In this document: one piece after another, positions 20,230-29,989 of the stretch
Position numbering within the stretch: position 1 is the stretch's first letter
Layout: every line of letters begins with the position of its first letter
From: an uncultured Verrucomicrobiae bacterium
Lineage (GTDB): Bacteria > Verrucomicrobiota > Verrucomicrobiia > Chthoniobacterales > JAFAMB01
Direction of reading: 5' to 3'
NCBI GenBank assembly: GCA_963762565.1
Contig: CAVXLD010000007.1
Span: forward strand, 576,001-640,000
Length of the DNA stretch: 64,000 bases
Notes under the pieces: model-generated
The model's input: only the letters and a program-made list of their open reading frames with translations
The model's database searches: none
Told to the model about the DNA's origin: nothing
Program-made: the position numbers and the translations under genes

Positions 20230-20352
20230 CCTAATCTCGCACCGATCAACGTGCTACGGTCTCCGACGACGACGCGGACAAGGGAATCTCGAGAGAAGAG
20301 AAACGCAATCCGATTGCAACCGGAAACGATGCGGCTTACTTCATCAGGTACC

Positions 20353-20493
20353 ATGAGCGCGAATCGACCGGACAAGGAAGTGGACGATAAAGATCGGCAC
20401 CTGGAAGAAGAAGTGGACGAAGCACTCGAGGAATCGTTTCCCGCCAGCGACCCGCCAAGCTTTACCCGAGGGGAACGGGAGAGTGAGAAGTGA
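20353..20493 (+). CDS. Small acidic protein with DEALEESFPASDPPS motif
   Basis: 46-aa ORF from ATG 20353; ESFPASDPP is a recurrent bacterial small-protein motif. Confidence 0.7.
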   Translation: MSANRPDKEVDDKDRHLEEEVDEALEESFPASDPPSFTRGERESEK

Positions 20494-20599
20494 TTGGTGA
20501 TTGGTAAGAGGTGATTGGTAGCGGAGCACAAACTGCAGCGCGACCGCGAAGCGCAAATTTGCTATCTGCTATTTGCTATTTGTCATTGCCGCGTAGCGG

Positions 20600-21379
20600 C
20601 TACGCTGCTCTCTTCTTCGAATTCTTGAGGCTTGCCTGCAGGGCTTCCATGAGATCGACCACCTTACCGGAAGCAGCTTTCTTTGCCGGCGCCTTGCGTT
20701 TCTGACCCTTCGCTTTAGCCTCAATCAGCTTCTTCACGTCCTCGGCGTAAGTATCGCGATATTTGGCCGGCTCGAATTTTCCGCTCAGTTCTTCAATTAG
20801 TCGCTTTGCCAATGCGATTTCATTCTCCGAGATCTTATCCTTATCTGGAATGTTGAGCTCGTCCGTAGCCCGGATCTCGCCGGCAAACCGCAGCGTGTTC
20901 AGCAATAGAACGTTGCCCTCCGCTTTGAGTGCACAGAGGTGTTCCCGGTTGCGTAACACAAATTGCGAGATCCCGACCTTCTTCGACTTAGCCAATGCAT
21001 CCCGTAGTAGGAGGTACGGTTTTCCGGCTGATTTCTCCGGTTCGAGGTAATACGGCGTGTCAAAATAGAAACTCGCAATCTCTTCTTCAGAGACAAATTC
21101 GTGGACATCGATCGTCGAAGATTTCTCCGGCGACGCCTCTTTTAACTCTTCCTCGCCAACCACGACATAATTGCCGTCCTCTAGCTCGTAACCTTTAACA
21201 ATCTCATCATACGGCACCTCTTTGCCCGTAGACTCCGAAACCCGCTTAAAATGGATCCGAGACAGATCCGTTTTGTGCAGCATGTTAAAGGAGACGGATT
21301 CCCGCTCGGTCGCGGAATACAAACGGATTGGGATGTTCACCAACCCGAAGCTGATGGCTCCTTTCCAGATCGATTTCAT
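20600..21379 (-). CDS. ku: Non-homologous end joining protein Ku
   Basis: MKSIWKGAISFGLVNIP, IVKGYE, PYYLEP, VVDLMEALQASL. Confidence 0.96.
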   Translation of the reverse strand: MKSIWKGAISFGLVNIPIRLYSATERESVSFNMLHKTDLSRIHFKRVSESTGKEVPYDEIVKGYELEDGNYVVVGEEELKEASPEKSSTIDVHEFVSEEEIASFYFDTPYYLEPEKSAGKPYLLLRDALAKSKKVGISQFVLRNREHLCALKAEGNVLLLNTLRFAGEIRATDELNIPDKDKISENEIALAKRLIEELSGKFEPAKYRDTYAEDVKKLIEAKAKGQKRKAPAKKAASGKVVDLMEALQASLKNSKKRAA

Positions 21380-21741
21380 GCTAATGCGACGAATCTAGGT
21401 TACGGGAAACGACACTTCCCTTTAGTTAGTTTCGCTCTGAGTAATTGGATGCATAAATTCTGCGCGTTGCGAGTTCTTTTTTTAAGGGGGGCGCGGTGGG
21501 CGGCTCGGACGTTTGGAGCCGGGTAACGCCCTGGGCGCTGCGATCAGATGGGACATATAGGACCTATGGGACCGATAGGTCGTCCCACATATACGTCCCA
21601 TAGGTCCTATATGTCCCATCCGTTCGCAGCGCCTCGAGTTTTCCCAACCTCACGTCCTATTGTACCCAGCGCCCCAACCTACCCCAATATATTGGGTTGA
21701 TCCAACGGAGTCCGGGGTGTATCATCCTGAGTAGTCCTCCT

Positions 21742-22056
21742 ATGGATACCAAACGGCTACCCACCAGATGGCTCTATATAATGGATTATATGGACGAAGA
21801 CACCGGGACGGTTGCCGCGACCCTGGGCGCTGCGGACGATCGCGACGAATGCGAGGGGGTCGTCCTTCACGAAACGACTTTCTTTGAGCGCCAGGGCTTC
21901 ACGATTGTCCGAGGTGAAGCCTGCGAGCTTTGCCGGAGTTGCGAGGGAGACGGCCTAATCTGCGACAGCGGTTCGGAAAGACAATGTCCCCAATGCGGCG
22001 GCTTTATCGGGCCCTTCCGCAGACTGCGGTTTAGAGCTTCAGGAGCTAGGAGCTAG
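21742..22056 (+). CDS. Hypothetical protein with C-terminal zinc-finger-like cysteines
   Basis: CELCRSCEGDG and CPQCGG motifs; start at ATG 21742 is a guess. Confidence 0.6.
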   Translation: MDTKRLPTRWLYIMDYMDEDTGTVAATLGAADDRDECEGVVLHETTFFERQGFTIVRGEACELCRSCEGDGLICDSGSERQCPQCGGFIGPFRRLRFRASGARS

Positions 22057-22570
22057 AATCCAGGAGCTAGGAGGACGTCTCGTTCCTCCTATCGTAATCG
22101 TCCTCGTCGTCGTCCTCGAAAGTAGTTGAGTTGAATCGGTCGCGCAGAGTGAATCGCTGCCAATAGTCGAAAATTCCGGGTCTTGCTCAATCTTGAGAGG
22201 AATTCGCTTTTCGGAGAACGAGGACGACGAGAACGAGAACGACTGTCACCGAGCTGCAGCCCGCACTCCTGGATCCGCAGAGTTTAAATATCCGCAGATT
22301 ACGCAGATTTCGGTTTGCGGTCGGCTACGCGGTTCGGCAAAGGGTACGCCTTGGGTAGAGAGCAGTTTTTCTCCTCAATTTGGGGCTGCTGGGCGAAAAC
22401 TCACTTCTTGAGTAAGCCCGGTACCAGCCCCCATCCCCCGAACCGTGATTCTACAAATGCAGATTTTTAGCACCTGCAGCGCGATCGACGGTTAACCGAA
22501 ATCTGCGAAATCTGCGAAATCTGCGGATATTTAATTATCTCTTAGCTCTCGCTCTGCGGAATTGGCGTTC

Positions 22571-23326
22571 CTAGAACCTGACTGCGCTCAATTGCTGAAG
22601 CGCTTTATCAAAGTTTCCGTTGGCTTCAGCGAACCGGAGAAACTTGACGTGTTCTACACAGATCTCGCTCGGTGTGGGCTGCGTCTTAAGGATTTGTATG
22701 GTCTGCTGGATGTAGTCCGGTAAGGACATCATCCCTTCATTTGGGGTCCGGCCCGGGGTCAGATCGGTTGCGACCGCCGGGGGGATGATTTCGATAACTT
22801 CCACCGGCGTGCCGGTCAGCTGGACCCGCAGAGACTGGGTGTACGAATGCAGGGCGGCCTTGGTTGCGCTGTAGGTGGGAGTGACCGGCAAGGGCACGAA
22901 AGCCAAGCCGGAGGAGACATTCATGATAACCGCATGCGTCTGCTTTTGCAGGTGTGGAAGAAGGGCTGCCGTGAGTCGGATGGGACCAAGCAAGTTAGTG
23001 GTAATGGTTGCTTCAGAGTCGGCTAATCCCGCTGGTAGTTGTTGGAGATTCTCCGTTCTCATGATGCCGGCGTTGTTGATCAAGACGTTGAGGCTGGGAA
23101 ACTCGCTGGAGACCCGCGCCGCAAACTTCTGAATGGCGTCGGGATCATTGACATCGAGGCTGAGCGAGACGATTCCCGGATTTGCTTTCGTCGTGTCAGC
23201 CAATGCATCCGGGCGGCGCCCGGAGATAATCACTTGGTTGCCTAGTTGATGTAAGGCTTCGGCCAGGCCGCGTCCGATACCGGAACCGCCGCCAGTGACA
23301 AGAATGGTGTTACCCGTGAGTTGCAT
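22571..23326 (-). CDS. Short-chain dehydrogenase, DltE-like
   Basis: TGGGSGIG, NNAG, YSATK, VIEIIPPAV. Confidence 0.92.
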   Translation of the reverse strand: MQLTGNTILVTGGGSGIGRGLAEALHQLGNQVIISGRRPDALADTTKANPGIVSLSLDVNDPDAIQKFAARVSSEFPSLNVLINNAGIMRTENLQQLPAGLADSEATITTNLLGPIRLTAALLPHLQKQTHAVIMNVSSGLAFVPLPVTPTYSATKAALHSYTQSLRVQLTGTPVEVIEIIPPAVATDLTPGRTPNEGMMSLPDYIQQTIQILKTQPTPSEICVEHVKFLRFAEANGNFDKALQQLSAVRF

Positions 23327-23520
23327 AAGGTGATGTATCCGTTGGTAACAATGTTGTCAACGGAAACATGTGTTCTTCAGGAGTTCAGGAGTTGAGTTTG
23401 GGGCAATCTCGAAATTGCAATCGCAAAGGCCCTGTAAACCGAGAATATTAAAGCAACTCAGCACCCACCATAACAGGCTCCTGAACTCCCGAACTCCTGA
23501 ACTCCTGTCTTTGTGGTAGA

Positions 23521-24129
23521 ATGTCCAGATTGCAAACGAATCCGCGTCCTTATCATCATGGTAACCTCCGCCAGGCCTTGCTGCAGGCAGCGGAAACGGC
23601 GTTGGAGGCGCGCGGCGTTTCCAGTCTCTCTTTGCGCGAACTGAGCCGCGAGGTAGGCGTCAGCCATACCTCTCCCCGTCGCCATTTTGCTGATAAACAA
23701 GCGTTGCTGGATGCGCTGGCCCAAAGCGGTTTCGAACGATTCGACGCTGACGTAGCTCAAGCGGCCAATAGGCGGGCCCGCAATTTCGTGGCCCGACTGA
23801 CTAATTTCGCTCAGGCTTATGTTGAGTTCGCGCTGAAACATCCCGCCCTTTGGGTTTTGATGTTCGATGCCAAACATCGGCCGGGCGCGCCACCTGAGTT
23901 GTTAAGCGCGAGCGATGCCGCATTTTCCCACGGACCAGCGCTGTTCAAAGCCGGTCAGGCAGCCGGCGACGTGGTGCTTGGTGATCCCGCGCGGTTATCC
24001 CTCACATTGAGCGCCGCCTTGCAGGGATTGGTCTCCATTTCCACCGGAGGGCAGTTCAAAGGGTTCCCCCTGGAGACGCTCGTGCCGACAATGGTAAAGC
24101 ATATTCTGTTGGGGCTTCGGCCGCGGTAG
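23521..24129 (+). CDS. TetR/AcrR regulator (WHG-type), divergent from the SDR
   Basis: YHHGNLRQALL, SLRELSREVGVSH, HFADK. Confidence 0.92.
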   Translation: MSRLQTNPRPYHHGNLRQALLQAAETALEARGVSSLSLRELSREVGVSHTSPRRHFADKQALLDALAQSGFERFDADVAQAANRRARNFVARLTNFAQAYVEFALKHPALWVLMFDAKHRPGAPPELLSASDAAFSHGPALFKAGQAAGDVVLGDPARLSLTLSAALQGLVSISTGGQFKGFPLETLVPTMVKHILLGLRPR

Positions 24130-24187
24130 TCGTCCTCGTGCTCGTGCTCGTGCTCGAAAAGGCCGGCACGTTGACGGGGCGCGTTTG

Positions 24188-24484
24188 TTCCCAACGCCTG
24201 GAGGGGAGCCGCTTTGGCGTGTCATTCACGACCTCGCGGTATTTGTCTCAGCGCGCGATTTGGCCAAAGAATATGCGCAACAGGCGGCTCCCGGGAATTA
24301 CCCAGCGTGATGCTTTGCCGATAGGTTCCGATTCGTTATGACCCCGGCCGGCTACAGTTGCAAACCGCTGGGTCGTTCGCGGGAGCCGCTTGTTCTCACG
24401 CGTTCCGGTTGGACTAACACTGAGACGAATATCACGAGGCTGGGCAGATTCACGCCAAAGCGGCTCCCCTCCAGGCGTTGGGAA
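24188..24484. repeat. Four-motif long palindromic element, copy 4
   Basis: Same motifs; enclosed by (ctcgtg)n/(cacgag)n hexamer arms at about 24135 and 24515. Confidence 0.9.
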
Positions 24485-24551
24485 AAACACGCTTCGTAAA
24501 CATGCTAGCCTCGTCGAGCACGAGCACGAAAATCCTCCCGGGCGGCATCTG

Positions 24552-26795
24552 TCATTTCCGCCGGAGGTATCGCTCAGCCACGACCGAAGGTTGCTCAACT
24601 ACACGGCCGGCCGCTACGTCGAACGCGAGGCGGATAAACTGGGCGTGTGCCCAAGCAAGAGGCGTCGCCGCAGTCGTGGCGGTGCCTGACACAAACCCGG
24701 GTTGGCCCGAGGGCGGCTCGTTATCCCAAACTTGCTCAGATAGTAAATGACCCTCGTTTGCGGTGTTTGCCATTGCTACCAGATCCGTTTGCGCAGCTTT
24801 CAGGTTGAGAGCGGCGATTTCGTATTCTCCGCGTTCGCCGGCGAAGATAGGCCACACCCGGCCACGGGTCGTGCCGGAGTCAGGCGGAGCGAGCATCCAG
24901 GGAGCGCCTGAGGGTGTTTCGCCGTATCCATCGTCGGTATAGCGATGCCAGAATTTGCCGGTAGAAGTCGTCACCGACAGCTGGGTGTCGACCAGTTTAA
25001 GGCTGTTCGTGATCACCTCGTCGCTAGCCGGCTTTATTCCAAGACGGACCAACTCGAGAAAACTCGGGTCTATTACCTTTCGCTGGTCGATAGCACCGGG
25101 CCCGCCGTTGGCCAGGTTATAAGTTGTACCTGAGTCGGGCCGGCCATCTTTCGTGAGTCTTAAGTAATACGGTGACGAGCTGTACGGGCCGTTCCGAGTG
25201 ACCGTCCATTTTTCGATTTGCGACCGCCAGGAGTCAGCCGTTTCCAGGTAGCGGTGTGCGGAACCCTTATCGCCGTTAGCCCTCGCGATATCAGCCGCAC
25301 AGACTAGCGCGGCGATCTCGCTGGCGGTGCAGGCGGGAGAATAGCCGCTCTGTTCTTCCCATCTATCTTGAAGTGTGTATGGCGCCGGGTGTTCGGATAA
25401 CGGAGCGAACTTCAGGAGAAAGTCAGCCGCCGTTTTTATATGCCGTGACCAGGTACCGGCGTCCTTACGGCCGAGTTGATAGGCTAGGATGATCGGATCC
25501 GACACTTCATCCAACTGCAAGCTGTGGAAGATCGGGGTGCCATCTACCATCGTATTTTGTGGGCAAGAACCATCAGAACTTTGTTGGACATTGAGAACGT
25601 AATCTAAGGCGCGGCCAGCGCCGCTCAGGTCGCCATTAGCGATGAGCGCGGTCGCGATTTCATAGAGATCGCGAGACCACACCCCGTGATAAGGTCCGGA
25701 GGGATTTATCAGGCCCGTTCCGAATGCCCAGGGAATCGAGGGCGAGGCGATGAACGCGCCTCGATAAGTCTTATCTTCACAGGCCGCCAGTACCATGGAG
25801 GAGACTGCATATAACTGGCGTTGTTGCCGGCTGGAAAGGGTAGGGGGAGCCGGGCGCAAGGACCCCAAATACTTCTTCCAGCCCTCAGCGTAATCCTTGG
25901 CGGCTCGATCGAACCCGGCCGCGAGCGAGTCGTTGGCCATATCAAGAGCTTTCGACTCAGTGGAAGCAAAACCAAGCGCCAGCGTGAGATGCTGGCTTCC
26001 CTTCATTCCGGTTAAACCCAACCTACCAGTCTGCACAACAGTACCGTTGAGTGCGGAACCGTCATGTGTGGTTAACTGATAGTGCTGAGCTAAGTCCGTC
26101 CCGCCATCCGTGGTTCCGAGGTAGCCGTTAGCCGTTTCCGTAAAATCCGGCGCTGCAACCAGTGCGCTGGCCATCACCATCTTTTCATCCGAAGCGATCA
26201 ACGCTTTTCCTTTTGTTTCGCCCGACTCATCGAGAGGAGCGGCAACCTTCGGATTGTTAAGCTGGGGTTGGTAGACGGCGTAGAGCTGGTAAGGCTTATC
26301 GTCCAAGGAGACAAACTCAACATCGATCAGTAGAGTCGGCCGAGCAGGATCTGTGACAAAAGTGGTCGTCAGACACCAGCGGTCAGCTTTGTCCCGGTTG
26401 ACAATTTGGTAGGTCAAGCTAGTGGGATTGTCCCCACCGTCGTCCGGCGGATCTTTTTGGTCACCCGGACGGCCCAGATTCACCAGGCGGGTCAGCGATG
26501 TGGACCCGTCTTGAGCTCGTACCGCAAAATTTTGTCCGTCGGTCACAATAAAGTCGAGGTTACGGACGCTTGGCGTATCGACGCGAGGATAGTAGACCTC
26601 GCTCAACCGTCCGTTTTGTAATGTGAACCAAACGTTGCTAGCCACGCTGTAACTGGTACCGAAACCAGTCTTGTTCGCGGGCAACCAATCCGCATTCGCA
26701 CCTTTGGGAACTAAACCGCCCGCCGGCATTTCAGAAAGCCCGGAAGCCGGATAGGCGCAAAGCGATGCAAACAGGGCAACACGTAAAATTGGCAT
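24552..26795 (-). CDS. Secreted GH15 glucoamylase/glucodextranase-like glucan 1,4-alpha-glucosidase
   Basis: KTGFGT, SEVYYP N-domain; VWSRDLY, QLDE, DRWEE, SEQVW, PLAWAHA. Confidence 0.93.
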   Translation of the reverse strand: MPILRVALFASLCAYPASGLSEMPAGGLVPKGANADWLPANKTGFGTSYSVASNVWFTLQNGRLSEVYYPRVDTPSVRNLDFIVTDGQNFAVRAQDGSTSLTRLVNLGRPGDQKDPPDDGGDNPTSLTYQIVNRDKADRWCLTTTFVTDPARPTLLIDVEFVSLDDKPYQLYAVYQPQLNNPKVAAPLDESGETKGKALIASDEKMVMASALVAAPDFTETANGYLGTTDGGTDLAQHYQLTTHDGSALNGTVVQTGRLGLTGMKGSQHLTLALGFASTESKALDMANDSLAAGFDRAAKDYAEGWKKYLGSLRPAPPTLSSRQQRQLYAVSSMVLAACEDKTYRGAFIASPSIPWAFGTGLINPSGPYHGVWSRDLYEIATALIANGDLSGAGRALDYVLNVQQSSDGSCPQNTMVDGTPIFHSLQLDEVSDPIILAYQLGRKDAGTWSRHIKTAADFLLKFAPLSEHPAPYTLQDRWEEQSGYSPACTASEIAALVCAADIARANGDKGSAHRYLETADSWRSQIEKWTVTRNGPYSSSPYYLRLTKDGRPDSGTTYNLANGGPGAIDQRKVIDPSFLELVRLGIKPASDEVITNSLKLVDTQLSVTTSTGKFWHRYTDDGYGETPSGAPWMLAPPDSGTTRGRVWPIFAGERGEYEIAALNLKAAQTDLVAMANTANEGHLLSEQVWDNEPPSGQPGFVSGTATTAATPLAWAHAQFIRLAFDVAAGRVVEQPSVVAERYLRRK

Positions 26796-26841
26796 TGGAA
26801 AGGGGGGAGAAAGAAGATGGCAGTGAAGATGGAGGAGTTCC

Positions 26842-27135
26842 AGGAGTTGATTGGAGGGGAGCCGCTTTGGTGGGCGACCAAGAAACTCACCTTATTCGTG
26901 TCCTGGGTGCATGTGTCCGAGAAAGGATGCAAGAGGCGGCTCCCGGGAACTACCCAGCGGCTCGCAGCCTTGCCGCTCGGACCGAAAAACCGAAACGTGC
27001 ACGGGCAATTCATCGCCTTGGGTTATTCGCGGGAGCCGCCTGTTGCCTCGTTCAGAGAACGCATCGAGCGTTGGAACGAATTTCGAGGGGTTGTTTTGGA
27101 CCGCCCCAAAGCGGCTCCCCTCCAATCGAACTCCT
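26842..27135. repeat. Four-motif long palindromic element, copy 5
   Basis: Same motifs, between divergent GH15 and amidase genes. Confidence 0.9.
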
Positions 27136-27210
27136 TCTTTTCGGTTCCCGGCTTGACGGCCAAAAACGCCCGCGAGAGCATTGTGCGCCGCTACTCTCAG
27201 AGAAAACGCC

Positions 27211-28464
27211 ATGATTCAGTTACCGATCACCGACATCCGGCAAGAGATTTTGGACGGAGAAATAACCGCCCGTGCACTTGCTACCATCGCCTTGGAGCAA
27301 GCTAATTCGAGTCCCGCCAAAAACACCTATGTGTCCATGGAGGAAGCGGATATCGAGCAGCAACTCTCCACGCCCAACCCGGCAACGGAGGAGACGCAAT
27401 TATTGCGCGGGATCCCAATCTCCGTGAAGGATTGTTTCGATGTGCGCGGGTATCGGACCAGTGTCGGATCGAGATATTACTTCGAGACCGGCGGAATAAA
27501 ATCGGAAGACTCTGCGTTGGTGCAACGGCTTAGAACCGTGGGAGCAACCATCACGGGTAAAACCCACCTGCACCAATTAGCTTTCGGTCTTACCGGTGAG
27601 AGCGAGGATTTTGGGAATTGTGTGCAATGCGATCGCCCAAATCTGCTGACCGGCGGATCCAGTAGCGGCGCCGCTGCTAGCGTTCTGGAAGGATCAGCCA
27701 TGGCCGCTATTGGGACCGACACCGGCGGATCGATCCGGTTTCCGTCCAGCCTCTGTTCATTATTCGGCTATCGCGCGTCACTAGGGACTGGTTCCTGGGT
27801 TGGGGGCCACCATCTGTCCGAATCGTTCGACACCATCGGATTTCTGTTCCGCCACCTGAAAGATGTTCAATTACTCGGCAAGGCGATCCTCAATATCCCA
27901 AGTGAGCATGATGCCGGAGGCACGGTCCGTATCGGCATAGTAAATTCGACTTTCTATGCGGATACCGAGCCGGAAATCGTTGCCGGGTTGCTGCAGTGGA
28001 AGGAGCGTTTCCCGAATTGTGAATTTGAGACTTTCAATGGGGGCGTGTTTGCAGAATCGCTCGAAATTTTCCGGGGCATCGAATGTCATGAAGCGGCGGG
28101 GTATCATGAAGGTCATTTTGATGAGTTCGAGAAACCAATCGCAGACCGATTGCATTGGGGCAGTTCTTTGTCAGAAGACCAAATAAAAGAGCTGCGCCGG
28201 CGCCATTTGGCTTCCAAGCAACAGATTGGCGCTCTTTTTGATCAGTTCGATTTTCTCTTGCTGCCGGTCGCCCCGGTTTCGTTGTTGGAAAACGGGACTG
28301 ACCATAACCCAGTACGGAACAGAATTCTGAGCTACACCACTCCCGCCAGCATTGGGGGTTTACCATGCCTGGCTCTCCCCAATGAAACTGGCGGATGCCA
28401 GTTACTAGGCCCGGCCGGCGGAGACGCTAAGCTCCTCACCTTCGCGAGCCGCCTGGCCGGCTAG
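27211..28464 (+). CDS. Amidase signature family protein
   Basis: VKDCFD, GGSSSGAA, GTDTGGSIR; start ATG 27211. Confidence 0.92.
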   Translation: MIQLPITDIRQEILDGEITARALATIALEQANSSPAKNTYVSMEEADIEQQLSTPNPATEETQLLRGIPISVKDCFDVRGYRTSVGSRYYFETGGIKSEDSALVQRLRTVGATITGKTHLHQLAFGLTGESEDFGNCVQCDRPNLLTGGSSSGAAASVLEGSAMAAIGTDTGGSIRFPSSLCSLFGYRASLGTGSWVGGHHLSESFDTIGFLFRHLKDVQLLGKAILNIPSEHDAGGTVRIGIVNSTFYADTEPEIVAGLLQWKERFPNCEFETFNGGVFAESLEIFRGIECHEAAGYHEGHFDEFEKPIADRLHWGSSLSEDQIKELRRRHLASKQQIGALFDQFDFLLLPVAPVSLLENGTDHNPVRNRILSYTTPASIGGLPCLALPNETGGCQLLGPAGGDAKLLTFASRLAG

Positions 28465-28920
28465 GAAAAGGAGCCAGGAGGAAACGTATGGGCGTGTCGG
28501 CGTGAATACGTATTGGTGTAGCCACTCGGCAACGTAAGGTGCGGCGTATAGCGCTGCGAATGGATGGGACTTACGGGACTGATGGGACCAATATGATGCG
28601 ACTTAGGTCCCAGGGGCTCAGAGGTCCATCGTCGAGCCCCCGCACACGCCGGCACGCCGACGCGCCCATACGCCCACACGCCCACACGCTCAGACGCCCT
28701 TCGTACTCCCTCATTGACGCCCCGGTCATTTTCGGCTTTCTGGAAGCGGGATGGAACCCGTAGAAAGCGCACTGGAAGCGTTAGGACTGCAGTTGCCGCT
28801 CGCCGCTGCTCTCCCGCTGACTTATAAGTCCTATACGTCCCATAGGTCCCATCTGCGCCACCACCATTACGCGCTGTCCGTCCGAGAACCGCGAACAGAG
28901 AACAGCGATTTCCAACTGCC

Positions 28921-29865
28921 ATGTCCGAACATTACCTGACCACTAAATCGACTCACGACCGTTGGAATCGTGACTTGCCGCCGCAACTCGACGTGGAGCC
29001 GGGGGATGTGGTTAAGTTTGACTGTTTCGATTCTAGCGGTGCGCAACTCGGGCCGAGCTCGACCGTTGATGATTTTCTTAAGCTCGATCGGAGCAAGGTT
29101 CATACGTTGACCGGGCCGGTCGCAATCAAAGGGGCTAAGCCCGGGGACACGTTGGGGGTGGACGTTGTGAATATCCAACACAAAGGGTGGGGGTGGACCA
29201 GCATCGCACCCGGGCTCGGTTTTCTACCTGACCGTTTTCCTGACCCGTTTCTTTTTATTTGGCAACTGGACGAAGAATCGACCGATTCACTGACGCCGGC
29301 CGTCGTTCCATTAAGGCCGTTTTGTGGCATCATGGGGGTGGCGCCGGCTGGTCCCGGTGAGATGCGAACCCGGCCACCGGGAGCTTTTGGCGGCAACATG
29401 GACGTAAAAGATTTGGTCGCCGGTTCAACCCTGTATCTGCCGGTCTTTAACGAAGGCGCGCTGTTTTCTCTCGGCGATGTCCACGCCGCTCAAGGCGACG
29501 GTGAGATCTGTATCAATGGCATTGAATGCCCAGCGGTAGTGACTGTACGGTTCACGCTGCTCAAGAATGCGCGTCTAAGTGCGCCCATGCTGGAAACAAC
29601 GCGACGCAGTCGGACCACCGGTGGTGAATGGACCATGATTGAATCCGATCAGGATCCACTGGCCGCAGCCCGCCGTGCACTGAATCGGATGATCGATTTC
29701 CTGGTCAACAACTGGAAACTTAGTCCGGAACACGCCTATCTGCTTTGCAGCGTGGCGATGGACCTACGCATTCACCAGGTGGTGAACACACCCCTGATCA
29801 CGGTGGGCGCATCTTTGCCTAAGTCGCTGTTGCCACTGCTGAAAAGCCCGGTGATTGGTGATTAG
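28921..29865 (+). CDS. Acetamidase/formamidase family protein, copy 1
   Basis: HTLTGPV, GGNMD, GDVHAAQGDGE, AYLLCSVA. Confidence 0.93.
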   Translation: MSEHYLTTKSTHDRWNRDLPPQLDVEPGDVVKFDCFDSSGAQLGPSSTVDDFLKLDRSKVHTLTGPVAIKGAKPGDTLGVDVVNIQHKGWGWTSIAPGLGFLPDRFPDPFLFIWQLDEESTDSLTPAVVPLRPFCGIMGVAPAGPGEMRTRPPGAFGGNMDVKDLVAGSTLYLPVFNEGALFSLGDVHAAQGDGEICINGIECPAVVTVRFTLLKNARLSAPMLETTRRSRTTGGEWTMIESDQDPLAAARRALNRMIDFLVNNWKLSPEHAYLLCSVAMDLRIHQVVNTPLITVGASLPKSLLPLLKSPVIGD

Positions 29866-29989
29866 TGAGTAGTGATTGGTAAGCGAGCCGCCTGGCGCTC
29901 TGAAAAACGAACCGCAGATAGACGCAGATTGACGCAGATAAAAGGAGCCAGAATCCAGGAGTCAGGAGAGGCACGAAGCGCTGAGGGAT

